From a virus (Duplodnaviria; Caudoviricetes): a stretch of 44,695 nt of DNA. Shown here in pieces: positions 1-9,059 of the stretch. The notes beneath the pieces were generated by a model. It was not told the DNA's origin. It did not search any database and saw only the letters and a program-made list of their open reading frames with translations. The first letter of the stretch is position 1, and every line of letters starts with the position of its first letter. The stretch is from positions 1-44,695 of the IMG/VR virus record IMGVR_UViG_3300032373_000033; one strand, 5' to 3'. The position numbers and the translations under genes are program-made.

Positions 1-127
1 AGGTGTACTCGCCGAGCCCTGGCGCTGACAATACCGTTATTGGCGGCCAGACTCTCCACGTAGAAGAACGACAAGCCCCTAACAACGGGTTCGATCTATG
101 ACAGCCGCGCAACTAGCCAGAGAGTTT
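1..127. repeat. Terminal direct repeat, copy 1 (circular assembly overlap)
   Basis: Identical to 44569-44695. The 127-bp length matches a common assembler k-mer and the repeat lies inside coding sequence. Confidence 0.95.
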
Positions 128-583
128 TTGATCCATCACACCGATTCGCTCAAGCAAGCTTTGGCACTAGGCGCTGTAGCGAGTGTCGAGGGGTACGCGG
201 TTGCTGATATTAAAGCACTCAAACGCCAAAAACTCTCCGGACAGATCAGGTACCTAGGACAAGAGCACACGGCCTACACGGATGAGGGTAGGTTCAATAG
301 AGCTATTGATGTTCTGTCGGCCAGTCTACACCAAGAGCCGGTGTCCGAGCTTTTGCTGTTCTTGCCGCCCCAGGTTACTGAGCCGAGTTTGACGGGAGTA
401 CTGTCTACGCTAGGCGAGGACGCGGCCAAACCTCTGCGCCGCCGAATGGGATTGAACTTTTTTCAATTCGCAGCTGGGCGCTTTTCAGTCGTCGGTTATG
501 AGGCGTATCTGGCTACTGATCTTATTGAGCATGTCGTACCCTACGGGGGTTTCCCAGACCATTACGTGTATCGTGACGCATAA
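98..583 (+). CDS. Hypothetical early protein
   Basis: 161-aa ORF; across the circular junction its ATG overlaps the TGA of 44148-44669 (ATGA coupling). Confidence 0.7.
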   Translation: MTAAQLAREFLIHHTDSLKQALALGAVASVEGYAVADIKALKRQKLSGQIRYLGQEHTAYTDEGRFNRAIDVLSASLHQEPVSELLLFLPPQVTEPSLTGVLSTLGEDAAKPLRRRMGLNFFQFAAGRFSVVGYEAYLATDLIEHVVPYGGFPDHYVYRDA

Positions 584-794
584 GCAAAGTGTAGAGTTTG
601 AGTGTGAAGTGACCGAGCCGGGCGGAGAGGCCCACTCGTACAGTGTTTTCATCGAGTACGATGACTTAATGGCCATTGGCGAAATTCAAGATAAAGCCTA
701 CAGACTGGCCGAAGACGAAGCTGAACGCCGAGGCTACTCAACTGAACACGTGCTAGTCTACTTCGGAGACTTCTACCCTGTATACAATTTCTAG
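573..794 (+). CDS. Hypothetical acidic early protein
   Basis: 3' part of ORF 498-794. GTG at 573 avoids a long overlap with the upstream gene; start is uncertain. Confidence 0.6.
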   Translation: MTHKQSVEFECEVTEPGGEAHSYSVFIEYDDLMAIGEIQDKAYRLAEDEAERRGYSTEHVLVYFGDFYPVYNF

Positions 795-840
795 AAACAA
801 GCGGTCTGTGAGAGGATCGTAGCCGAAGCCGGTTAGGCTA

Positions 841-874
841 GGCCCCGGCTTAGTTTTAGGTCGGGGCCGTTTTC
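841..874 (+). terminator. Putative intrinsic terminator ending the early block
   Basis: 12-bp stem GGCCCCGGCTTA/TAGGTCGGGGCC (two G-U pairs), 4-nt loop, short GTTTTC tail. Confidence 0.6.
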
Positions 875-877
875 ATA

Positions 878-970
878 ATGGAATACCTAGTTAACGCGGT
901 TGTACCGATCGTGATCTTAGGACTACTGACGGTACCTTGGATGTTGTGGACAGAGAGAAGGAAGCAATGA
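878..970 (+). CDS. 30-aa hydrophobic micro-protein MEYLVNAVVPIVILGLLTVPWMLWTERRKQ
   Basis: Read manually; one TM-length hydrophobic stretch and a basic tail; ATGA overlap with the integrase start at 967. Confidence 0.55.
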   Translation: MEYLVNAVVPIVILGLLTVPWMLWTERRKQ

Positions 971-1773
971 GTAACGACACACTATTAAAGCGGCTAGAGC
1001 AGTACCTGGAAGACAACCTAGTCAACCACGCTGGTCGCGAAGAGTTCCAGCGGCGGATCAAGACTGTAGCCAACAAGCTGGGGAATCCTAGATGTTCTGA
1101 CATTGACCCGAAACGGGCTTCGGACGCCCTCGCCGCTACAGGGGTCCGGAATACGACCGTAAACAGGTACGCCACAGACCTCAAAAAGCTAGGTATCACC
1201 CTTAGTAGGAGAGCCAGGGATCAGAAGGTTTCCGCGTTCCTTTCGGGATCGGCCCTCTCAGAGCTGGATTCTAGGGTCCGCGCGGACCGTGACGATCACT
1301 GCAAGGTCATCTACTGCCTCATGCGAGACGGAGGCATGCGGGGCCTTACGGAGTGGCGGAGGTTTGACTGGGGCCGTGTCAACTGGAGTCAGAAAACCTT
1401 TGTCCTTGAGTCGCGCAAAGGTACGCTGTCGTATAGGATTATCCCTATGACGGACCGAGTGTTTAAGGCTCTTTGCTGGTGGTACTCAAACCAGGAGAAC
1501 GTTTCGGATTCGCGCTGGCGAGCTTTCTGGAGTAGAGTGCGACTGGGTCCCGAGAATGTTCCGTACGATCTAAGACACACTTTCTGTACGCGGCTGCTAG
1601 ACGCCGGGGTTGAGGTGGAAACGGTTTCTAGAATTATGGGCCACTCCAGTCTTGACCAGACGATGGAATATGTACACACCACACCAAAAACGCTCAGAAG
1701 CGCCGCTTACGCGCTAGACCGAAATGATGTTCGAAGAGATCCTGCCCCTATTGCGGGCGGGCAAGACAGCTAG
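967..1773 (+). CDS. int: Tyrosine recombinase / phage integrase
   Basis: Catalytic motifs GGMR (Arg I), SRKG (Lys), YDLRHTF (HxxR with His replaced by Tyr), MGHSS, TMEY (Tyr nucleophile). ATG at 967 preferred over TTG at 937. Confidence 0.9.
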   Translation: MSNDTLLKRLEQYLEDNLVNHAGREEFQRRIKTVANKLGNPRCSDIDPKRASDALAATGVRNTTVNRYATDLKKLGITLSRRARDQKVSAFLSGSALSELDSRVRADRDDHCKVIYCLMRDGGMRGLTEWRRFDWGRVNWSQKTFVLESRKGTLSYRIIPMTDRVFKALCWWYSNQENVSDSRWRAFWSRVRLGPENVPYDLRHTFCTRLLDAGVEVETVSRIMGHSSLDQTMEYVHTTPKTLRSAAYALDRNDVRRDPAPIAGGQDS

Positions 1774-2212
1774 GCGCACGGGCAACCGGCCCTATAAATG
1801 GGTCCGCGTAGCTGACCCGAAGATCGAAAAGGACCTTGATGGTCCTGAGTATGAGTGGGTGATCCACCTTAACGGTCGGATGTGCTCGCACTTCTCGGTC
1901 TTTGAAACTGAAGAGGAAGCCACTGCCGCTCTTTCGCTTGCCTCGGAAGACATGTTCAAAGAATGGGAGACCTTCCAAAACCTACGAAGAGAGTTTGAGG
2001 CCAAGGTTGAGGAAGGCGATCACTCAGCTGTTTCCCCGACTGCTCCAAAGAACAGGATCAGCTATTACGCTGATGCTAAAGTAATCCAAAGGGCAGCTGC
2101 CCGATTACGTCGCCTATCGGTGCCTATCTTTCTGTGCCTTCGAAAAGACGGCGTAGTCGCACCGTGGTACCCTAATGCCGAAGATATCCTCGCAACTGAC
2201 TGGAAAGCTTAA
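1724..2212 (+). CDS. DUF2829 / Tad2-like protein with a large internal insertion
   Basis: N-terminal MFEEILPLLRAGKTARRTG and C-terminal PWYPNAEDILATDW resemble the F..AL..LK.GK.V.R.GW and W.PS..D.LA.DW signatures. Confidence 0.7.
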   Translation: MMFEEILPLLRAGKTARRTGNRPYKWVRVADPKIEKDLDGPEYEWVIHLNGRMCSHFSVFETEEEATAALSLASEDMFKEWETFQNLRREFEAKVEEGDHSAVSPTAPKNRISYYADAKVIQRAAARLRRLSVPIFLCLRKDGVVAPWYPNAEDILATDWKA

Positions 2213-5200
2213 TGGCTCAAAGATCACGCACCGATTTCGCTCGACTTGTAGCTATGTTCCAAGATACGGATCTAGCTTACTCTGAACGTATCCGAACACG
2301 ACTCGACGCAATCGCGCGAAGGGTCCAAGACCTTCTAGGCGCCGCCCCTGATTGCGGAGATGCCCCTGCTCCGCCTACGGCGCTCACAGCTACAGCGGAT
2401 GACTTTCGCGTTGACCTTGCCTGGACGACCGAGGCCGAGGCGGTACGCTATCGAGTCTATCGGAGCCTGGAGCGCACTACCGCGTATACGCTCGTTGGGC
2501 TGACAACTGACGGTAGCTACATGGACACCGGGCTAACCGCCGATGTCGAGTATTTCTACTACCTTCTGTCTGAGGATGAGTGTGGGCAGCTTTCAGGACA
2601 ATCTGAAGTTGTCTCGGCTACCCCGACTGATGGATCGAGCGGCGGGGACCCTCCGGGAGTCCCGACTGGTCTCGCTGTTGACGCATTCGACGAGAACAGC
2701 GTCGATCTCAGCTGGGACAACCCCACGGGCGGTACCGTTTCTTTCAATCTTGAGCGGTCGCTTGAAACGGGCACCGGCTTCGTTGAAGTAGCCTCTTCGA
2801 TTGTCAGTACTAACATCGTGGACGCGGGTCTACTCGAAGGTACTACGTACTACTACCGTTTGCGTGGAGTAAACGCGGCTGGAACCACTAGTACGCCCTC
2901 GTCCGAAGTGTCTGTCACGACTGACACGACCGACATCGTTCCGCCGCCTGTTCCTACGTTGACCGGCGTAAACGCACTTGATGAAAGCTGCGAGTGCGAG
3001 TGGAGCGGAGTCGCTGCCGCTGATCTTGCTGGCTACGAAGTGGGCTACCACACGGTGTCGGCGGGTCCCTATACCTACGTCAACGCTGCGCTTCTAACTA
3101 GTGTTACGGTGGGCGGTCTGACGAACGACACGGAGTACTTCTTCGTTGTTCGTTCTTACGATGAAAGCGGTAACCGCTCGGCTGATTCTAACGAGATCGC
3201 CGCCACGCCGACTGATTCTGGAACGGGTGATCCTCCGGAACCGCCGACTAACGTTGGTGTAACCTCGCCGGTTCTGAATGAAGTCAAAATCACTTGGGAT
3301 TACAACTTCACTGAGCCCGCCCTGGCGAACTTCAACCTGTACCGCACGGATAATCCGCGTGGTGGGGTGTACGTTCTTGTTACGGATGCACTCGGCACAG
3401 CTGCACGTGAGTACACTGATACTGGGTTGGATTCTACGACCACGTACTACTACTACCTGACTGCTGAAGACACGTCAGCCCAGGAATCTGATCCGTCTGT
3501 GCTTTCGGACGGTATCGTGCCCGAGGGGTTCAGCCCTAATGGCAGCGGTGAGCCGATCGGAGATCAAGGTGACGTACAGCCGCAGGGCATTGACGGAGAT
3601 ACCGGCTTGCCCTCAGGCTACCGGGCTCCTGGTTACACCTTCGATCATGTTGTCGATCTGACGAACTACACAGGCGAGACTCACGCCATGCAGGTCGCTG
3701 GCGCAGTTCTTCGATCTCAAGTAGCGGATGGAACTATCGAGCTTGCAGAAGACGGTTCTTCGGTGATCGGTGTGTGTCTTCCGGCGCGAACCGAACGACG
3801 GGGTGCCGGGTTCACTTTCGTCAGTGGAAAGTTTGTCGGTACGAACGTAAGCGCTTGTCATATCCCGCATGAGCAGAACTACGAGCTTCACTTTATTGCG
3901 CCGTGGACAGGCGGAGCCGACAAGACCGCGGCTATGCGCTCTGTTAGCGGAATCGCGGATGACTTGACGCTCTCTACTCCGCTCGATCCCTCGAACTTCC
4001 AGTATCGTATTGTCGGCGCAGATGAGACAACGGGTGAAAGCCTTAACCCAGGCTCTGTGTTTGGGTTTCTCGGCGGCAACACAGATGTCCGTAATGTAGG
4101 GTGGGCCGGTGACATCCACTGTTGGGGTATGCGCTTCGCCGGTGGCGGCTCGCAGTGCCTAGAAGCTGGATGGAGCGCACAGGGTGAGGCGGGGCAATCG
4201 CTCAACTTCCACCTTTGCCGCTTTGATGGTGATGACGTCTCGTACCCGCTTACGGGGCGCGGTCAGAAGTGGGGCATGTCTACGTATGACTTGCTTCTTA
4301 GCTTCCACGGCTGCTACGTTGACTTCCCGTGGTCCTGGGAACACGCTATCTATCAGCGTGATACACCTTGGGGCGATGAGAGTCGAGAGTACCTGCGGAT
4401 CTACCGCTGCGGTGGACAGGCCATTCAGCAGACCTTGCGAGGCAACGACGGTAACCCTGGATCTGGCAACCAGTTCCCCGAGCCTAACCCCGGAACTACT
4501 ACGTACGATCACTTCGTATCGCAGTACAGCTCTCGGGCAAAGTTCAGAAACGCTGCTTCACTTACGCGGTACGGACCGAACCAGGATCTCCTAATCCGAG
4601 ACTCTCTGATTCTACAAGACCTGTACGTAAACGGTTACTTCGATGTAACTGGCGAGAACGCGTGGCCACCGCCCGATCCTTTCGCTGACCCGCTTGGCGA
4701 TGGATCCTGGGTAGGGACCGAGGGAATCCTAACGATCTCTTGGCCTAACCCTAACCAACAGCCGACCTTCTACGACGACGAAGGATTCTGCGGCGGGGAC
4801 GTGACTATCCAGGATAGTTTCTTCTACACGATTGCACCAGGGCGCCCGATGATTCAGATCGGGATTGCCAAGAACGTTGATGTTCAGGACAGCGGAATCT
4901 GGACTGGACCCATTGGTGTTCCGCACACGCGGGCTTCAGCGGGATCTCAATCTCGAATTCAGTTCACTACGACCACTGGCACCAACGGCACGCTGTACGC
5001 TCCTGTGGGTTTCGAGCCAGAGTTCGTTATCCAGAGTATCAACTGGACGGGCAATAACACGGGTGCGCTGAAAACTCAGTTCAACTCTATTACGGGTATT
5101 GATACGTCTGCTTTCGTTGATCCTTCTTTCCGTTTCCTGAACCTTGCGCCGGGCGTGGACCAAGGTACCGCAGATCAAACTCTGACGTGTACTAATGTTC

Positions 5201-5247
5201 CGTATCTCCCGGGGAGCGGGCTGCCGGCTGATCTCTCTGTGAGCTAA
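2212..5247 (+). CDS. 1011-aa protein with four fibronectin type III domains and a probable beta-helical C-terminal region (candidate virion adhesin)
   Basis: Four repeats of P..P..L...V.L.W...Y.VYR...Y.D.GL...T.YYY...S..S; TAATG coupling to the upstream gene; no signal peptide. Confidence 0.8.
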   Translation: MAQRSRTDFARLVAMFQDTDLAYSERIRTRLDAIARRVQDLLGAAPDCGDAPAPPTALTATADDFRVDLAWTTEAEAVRYRVYRSLERTTAYTLVGLTTDGSYMDTGLTADVEYFYYLLSEDECGQLSGQSEVVSATPTDGSSGGDPPGVPTGLAVDAFDENSVDLSWDNPTGGTVSFNLERSLETGTGFVEVASSIVSTNIVDAGLLEGTTYYYRLRGVNAAGTTSTPSSEVSVTTDTTDIVPPPVPTLTGVNALDESCECEWSGVAAADLAGYEVGYHTVSAGPYTYVNAALLTSVTVGGLTNDTEYFFVVRSYDESGNRSADSNEIAATPTDSGTGDPPEPPTNVGVTSPVLNEVKITWDYNFTEPALANFNLYRTDNPRGGVYVLVTDALGTAAREYTDTGLDSTTTYYYYLTAEDTSAQESDPSVLSDGIVPEGFSPNGSGEPIGDQGDVQPQGIDGDTGLPSGYRAPGYTFDHVVDLTNYTGETHAMQVAGAVLRSQVADGTIELAEDGSSVIGVCLPARTERRGAGFTFVSGKFVGTNVSACHIPHEQNYELHFIAPWTGGADKTAAMRSVSGIADDLTLSTPLDPSNFQYRIVGADETTGESLNPGSVFGFLGGNTDVRNVGWAGDIHCWGMRFAGGGSQCLEAGWSAQGEAGQSLNFHLCRFDGDDVSYPLTGRGQKWGMSTYDLLLSFHGCYVDFPWSWEHAIYQRDTPWGDESREYLRIYRCGGQAIQQTLRGNDGNPGSGNQFPEPNPGTTTYDHFVSQYSSRAKFRNAASLTRYGPNQDLLIRDSLILQDLYVNGYFDVTGENAWPPPDPFADPLGDGSWVGTEGILTISWPNPNQQPTFYDDEGFCGGDVTIQDSFFYTIAPGRPMIQIGIAKNVDVQDSGIWTGPIGVPHTRASAGSQSRIQFTTTTGTNGTLYAPVGFEPEFVIQSINWTGNNTGALKTQFNSITGIDTSAFVDPSFRFLNLAPGVDQGTADQTLTCTNVPYLPGSGLPADLSVS

Positions 5248-5270
5248 GAGTAACAGCTGTCGCTTCTCTT

Positions 5271-5305
5271 GACCCGAGTACCTTGACTGGTGCTCGGGTC
5301 TTTTT
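5271..5305 (+). terminator. Intrinsic terminator
   Basis: GACCCGAGTACC-TTGACT-GGTGCTCGGGTC stem followed by TTTTT. Confidence 0.85.
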
Positions 5306-5323
5306 GTTTACAAAATAAGAACA

Positions 5324-5890
5324 ATGTCGAACGAAACCGATAAACTCGTTGAGACCCTCCGGTTACAGCTAGTTTCAGACGAACTGTCGGCATTCCTGTG
5401 GAACACGACTAGAGAGGCGATTGCCTTTGTGAGTCCGACGGGGGTGTTGCGTCTTGTCAACCCCGCGTTCTCCGAACTGTTGGGTTACGCAGTAAACGAG
5501 TTGGAAGGTATGACCTTTCAAAATGTCACTGTTCGCGATGACATTGTCGCGGATGAGGAAGAGTTTAGCCGTCTGCTGCGCGGCGAGATCCAGTCATACA
5601 CGATGGATAAGAAGTATGTGACCAAGTACGGCAAGGAAGTAACCGTGTCCTTGAAGGCGGTCAACTACCGAACTGGCGTGCTGGTGGTCGGCCAGGCGCT
5701 ACACCTGGACGTGTTCAGCTTCGATCATCTGGCTCCAGCGCAGGAGACACGGATCATTCAACTTCTGATCGGTAGGTGGCTCGTGGAGAACTGGAAAAAA
5801 GCGCTTGTACTCTTGTTCCTGTTTATCGGAGGAGCTAGAATCGACCAAGTCATAGAGTACGCCCTTCGATTCCTTCCCGTGCAAAATTAG
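5324..5890 (+). CDS. PAS-domain protein with a C-terminal hydrophobic helix
   Basis: PAS/PAC pattern G.LRLVNPAFSELLGY...EL.G..F...T...D...Y.MDKKY.TK.G; C-terminal KKALVLLFLFIGG. Confidence 0.8.
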   Translation: MSNETDKLVETLRLQLVSDELSAFLWNTTREAIAFVSPTGVLRLVNPAFSELLGYAVNELEGMTFQNVTVRDDIVADEEEFSRLLRGEIQSYTMDKKYVTKYGKEVTVSLKAVNYRTGVLVVGQALHLDVFSFDHLAPAQETRIIQLLIGRWLVENWKKALVLLFLFIGGARIDQVIEYALRFLPVQN

Positions 5891-5895
5891 CGTGA

Positions 5896-8400
5896 ATGCC
5901 CAAGGACTCCGTCGATTCTGATATCTACTCCCTCATGTTTGACCTTGGACAGAAGGATGTCCAAGAGATGCTACGAGAAAAAAGAGCTGCGGGGCGCTTG
6001 ATCGAGACAGGACCAGGGGCGCGGCTGGCGGCTGAAGCTGCCGGGGCTGTCCACGAGTATTGCAGGACTTGGCTTAAGGGTAGCGACGGGGTCAAGAATC
6101 GTCGCAAGAGTAAACCTATGCGTATCCGGCAGATGCTCGGAGAGCTGGGCTCCCTTAGGGCAGCTGCGGCGGCTACGCGTACAGTTATCAACACCCTGGG
6201 GGCATCGACTGAGGAGGTACCTACCTCGAAGCTCCGGAGAACTCTTGGCGAAGCGCTGAAACAGGAAATGATCCTCCAGCATATTGCGGAGGAAGATCCT
6301 ACTTTCTGGAGCCACCACGTTCAGCGAAGGTATCAGGGTTTGTCCGATAAGCGACAAGCGATCAAGAGCGCTATCAAGAGAAGCAAGGATATGCCCGAGT
6401 GGGACGGCGGGGACTGCTCGGCTGTCGGTATGTTCTTCATTGATGCTTTCAAGCATTGCACGGATCTTCTCCATTTCTACACGCTCGCCGGATCCAGGAG
6501 TGAGCATGATTTTAGGAAAGGCTTCTCGGAGTTCGTCCGTCTTAGCTCAGAGGTCGAAACCTGGCTCCAGACGGCTGCGGGTGCTATGGTTATGGCGACT
6601 GTCAAGCCTCTACCTATCACAGAGCCGCCGCTGGATTGGGGACCGGACGAGCCCGGCGGGTACCACGAGTTCATGCCGCGCTGTACTGACATCATCCGAG
6701 CGAGCACGAGGCAGCAACGAGAGAGCCTTCCCACTTCTGGTGCGGACGAGGTCTACCGTGCGATTAACACGGCGCAGCGGACACCTTGGCGCATCAACTC
6801 AAGGGTCTGGGAAATCTACTGCTTGGCGCTTAAGCACGAGTGGCCGGACACCGGACTGTTGACACCGGAGCCCGTTTTCCCAACTAAGCCCACGCATGAG
6901 TTTGTCAAAGGCGACGAGGGTTGGGCGACGTACGGAAGACTGAAGCACAGATTCTTTCGACACAGCCAAGAGCGCAAAGGTCAGACGAGACGCCACGCTG
7001 TCTCTCGTGCTCTGGTCGAACACTACCTTGAGAAAGATAGTCTGTACTTCCCGCACTTCTTTGACTTCCGGGGCCGTCTGTACCCTTTCGGAGCTTGGTT
7101 TAACTACCAGGGAACAGATCATATCCGAGGATCCTTGGAGTTTGCGCACGGCAAGCCGCTGTCTACAGCTGGATCAGTAGATTGGTTCAAGATCCACGGA
7201 GCTAATTGCTGGGGCGAAGACAAGTGTTCTATGGCTGATAGGATCAGCTGGGTCCACGAGAACTCTGCCAAGATCGTAGACTGCGGCGAGAACCCAATTG
7301 ACAATCGTTGGTGGACTGAGGCAGACAAGCCTTTCTGCTTTCTGGCGTGGTGCTTCGAGTATTCAGACTGGTACAAGGATTCCCGTAACTTCGTCTCGCA
7401 TCTTCCGATCGCTATGGACGGTTCGAACAACGGGCTCCAGATCTTTTCACTGCTGACACGAGATGAGCGGGGAGGACGCTCGACGAACTGCGCTCCTACA
7501 TCTGAGCCCCAGGATATCTACTCAGATGTGGCAGACAAGGTGACCGCTGAGCTGCGGAGCATTGCTTCGAGTCACGCTGAATCCGCGAAGGAACTGAAGC
7601 ACCGTAGATGGGCTAAGGGTATCTTGAGGATGTGCGATCGTTTCTATGACGGTAAGATCCCGCGCAAAGCTACCAAGCGTCCCGTTATGACCTTGCCGTA
7701 CGGCAGCACTCGGTTCTCCTGTCAGCACTACATGACTGATTGGTACCACGACACGGTCCGAGACTTGAATCTAAGCGCGGACGAGGCGCCCTTCGCACCG
7801 AAGGAGAGCTACAAGGCGATGACGTGGATCGGGAATCTAGTCTGGGACGCTGTCGGGGATACTGTGGTTAAAGCCCGAGAGTGTATGGACTGGCTCCGGG
7901 ACGCTTCAGATCTCCTGGCAGCATACGGGAAGCAAACTGAGTGGAGCACACCTACGGGTTTCCATTGCATCCAACAGTACATCACGGGTGTCCGCAAGCG
8001 AGTGATGATGAAGTCCGCTGGAAGTGGAAACATGACTGTTCGTGTGTGGGAGCCCGATAAGCGCGTGGACAGCCGTAAAGCCCGTAATGGTTTCTCACCG
8101 AATTACGTGCATTCTCTCGACAGCGCCGCGATGGTCCGGACGATCAACCTGGCAAGCATGGCAGGAGTTACACACTTTGCAATGATCCACGACAGCTTTG
8201 CGTGTCATGCGCACGATGCCCCCTTGCTGGCGCGGTCGCTTCGAGAGGCTTACGTCGAAGTATTCGAAGTAGACCTATTGAAAACTCTGCGCGACGAGCT
8301 ACAATCTTGCCTTCCTGAAGACGTTCAACTTCCAAAGCTCCCTGAGTACGGAAGCCTTGATGTGGAACAACTAAACAACTCAACCTACTTTTTTGCATGA
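5896..8400 (+). CDS. Single-subunit DNA-directed RNA polymerase (T7 gp1-like)
   Basis: DFRGRLY, motif A DGSNNGLQ, motif B RKATKRPVMTLPYG, PNYVHSLD, motif C IHDSF, C-terminal YFFA. Confidence 0.98.
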   Translation: MPKDSVDSDIYSLMFDLGQKDVQEMLREKRAAGRLIETGPGARLAAEAAGAVHEYCRTWLKGSDGVKNRRKSKPMRIRQMLGELGSLRAAAAATRTVINTLGASTEEVPTSKLRRTLGEALKQEMILQHIAEEDPTFWSHHVQRRYQGLSDKRQAIKSAIKRSKDMPEWDGGDCSAVGMFFIDAFKHCTDLLHFYTLAGSRSEHDFRKGFSEFVRLSSEVETWLQTAAGAMVMATVKPLPITEPPLDWGPDEPGGYHEFMPRCTDIIRASTRQQRESLPTSGADEVYRAINTAQRTPWRINSRVWEIYCLALKHEWPDTGLLTPEPVFPTKPTHEFVKGDEGWATYGRLKHRFFRHSQERKGQTRRHAVSRALVEHYLEKDSLYFPHFFDFRGRLYPFGAWFNYQGTDHIRGSLEFAHGKPLSTAGSVDWFKIHGANCWGEDKCSMADRISWVHENSAKIVDCGENPIDNRWWTEADKPFCFLAWCFEYSDWYKDSRNFVSHLPIAMDGSNNGLQIFSLLTRDERGGRSTNCAPTSEPQDIYSDVADKVTAELRSIASSHAESAKELKHRRWAKGILRMCDRFYDGKIPRKATKRPVMTLPYGSTRFSCQHYMTDWYHDTVRDLNLSADEAPFAPKESYKAMTWIGNLVWDAVGDTVVKARECMDWLRDASDLLAAYGKQTEWSTPTGFHCIQQYITGVRKRVMMKSAGSGNMTVRVWEPDKRVDSRKARNGFSPNYVHSLDSAAMVRTINLASMAGVTHFAMIHDSFACHAHDAPLLARSLREAYVEVFEVDLLKTLRDELQSCLPEDVQLPKLPEYGSLDVEQLNNSTYFFA

Positions 8401-9038
8401 CTGCTATTACATCACCGCTTGTTCCCGCGCTCTGGCCGCATCTGATTGAGCCGAGCGTGTATACTCCCAAAGGGGGCACCCCTGATCCTGACGATAAAGG
8501 GAGCTACAGCGCTATGCTCCTGTTGGATCCAAACAAAGGAAACCACAGCGAGTTTATCGCTGCTGTTAACGATTCGCTCGAAGAGCTTTTCACGGTTGAG
8601 TGCAACACTAAGGGCAAAAAGCTGAAGAAGAGCGAGGACTTCTCACCCTTCAAAGACCAAGAGGATGAGGACGGTAACGAAACGGGAATGGTCGTATGCC
8701 GACCTAAGAAGAAAGCGGGAGGCATCACGAAAAGCGGGCGGCGTAAAGGGCAGCCCTGGTCGTCAGCTCTTCCCCTGTACGACCAAGCTGGAGAGAAGTT
8801 CAAACCCGAGGAGGGTAAGTCTCTGTCCAACGGCACGATCCTTCGCGTTGAGGTGGAGACTTTCATTTATCCGATGGGCGGTAAGTACCGTGGCGGTATG
8901 CGTATGACCGGGGCCCAGATCGCCATGCCTCGCTGGTACGACGGCGGAGGCGGCACTGCGTTCAAAGGCGCTGCGATCGAAGACGAAGACTTTGAGGAAG
9001 CAATCGCACCGCAGATTGAGGAAGGACAGAACTTCTAG
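8397..9038 (+). CDS. ssDNA-binding protein (T7 gp2.5-like)
   Basis: Position after RNAP, WPHL..P motif, acidic tail ending in Phe. Confidence 0.8.
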   Translation: MTAITSPLVPALWPHLIEPSVYTPKGGTPDPDDKGSYSAMLLLDPNKGNHSEFIAAVNDSLEELFTVECNTKGKKLKKSEDFSPFKDQEDEDGNETGMVVCRPKKKAGGITKSGRRKGQPWSSALPLYDQAGEKFKPEEGKSLSNGTILRVEVETFIYPMGGKYRGGMRMTGAQIAMPRWYDGGGGTAFKGAAIEDEDFEEAIAPQIEEGQNF

Positions 9039-9059
9039 TCTCACGGGATAAGCAGTAGC

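Noticed and set aside
1-127. 127-bp terminal repeat as the biological T7-type terminal repeat
   Set aside because: It falls within coding sequence and equals a standard assembler k-mer length, so it is treated as a circularisation artefact.
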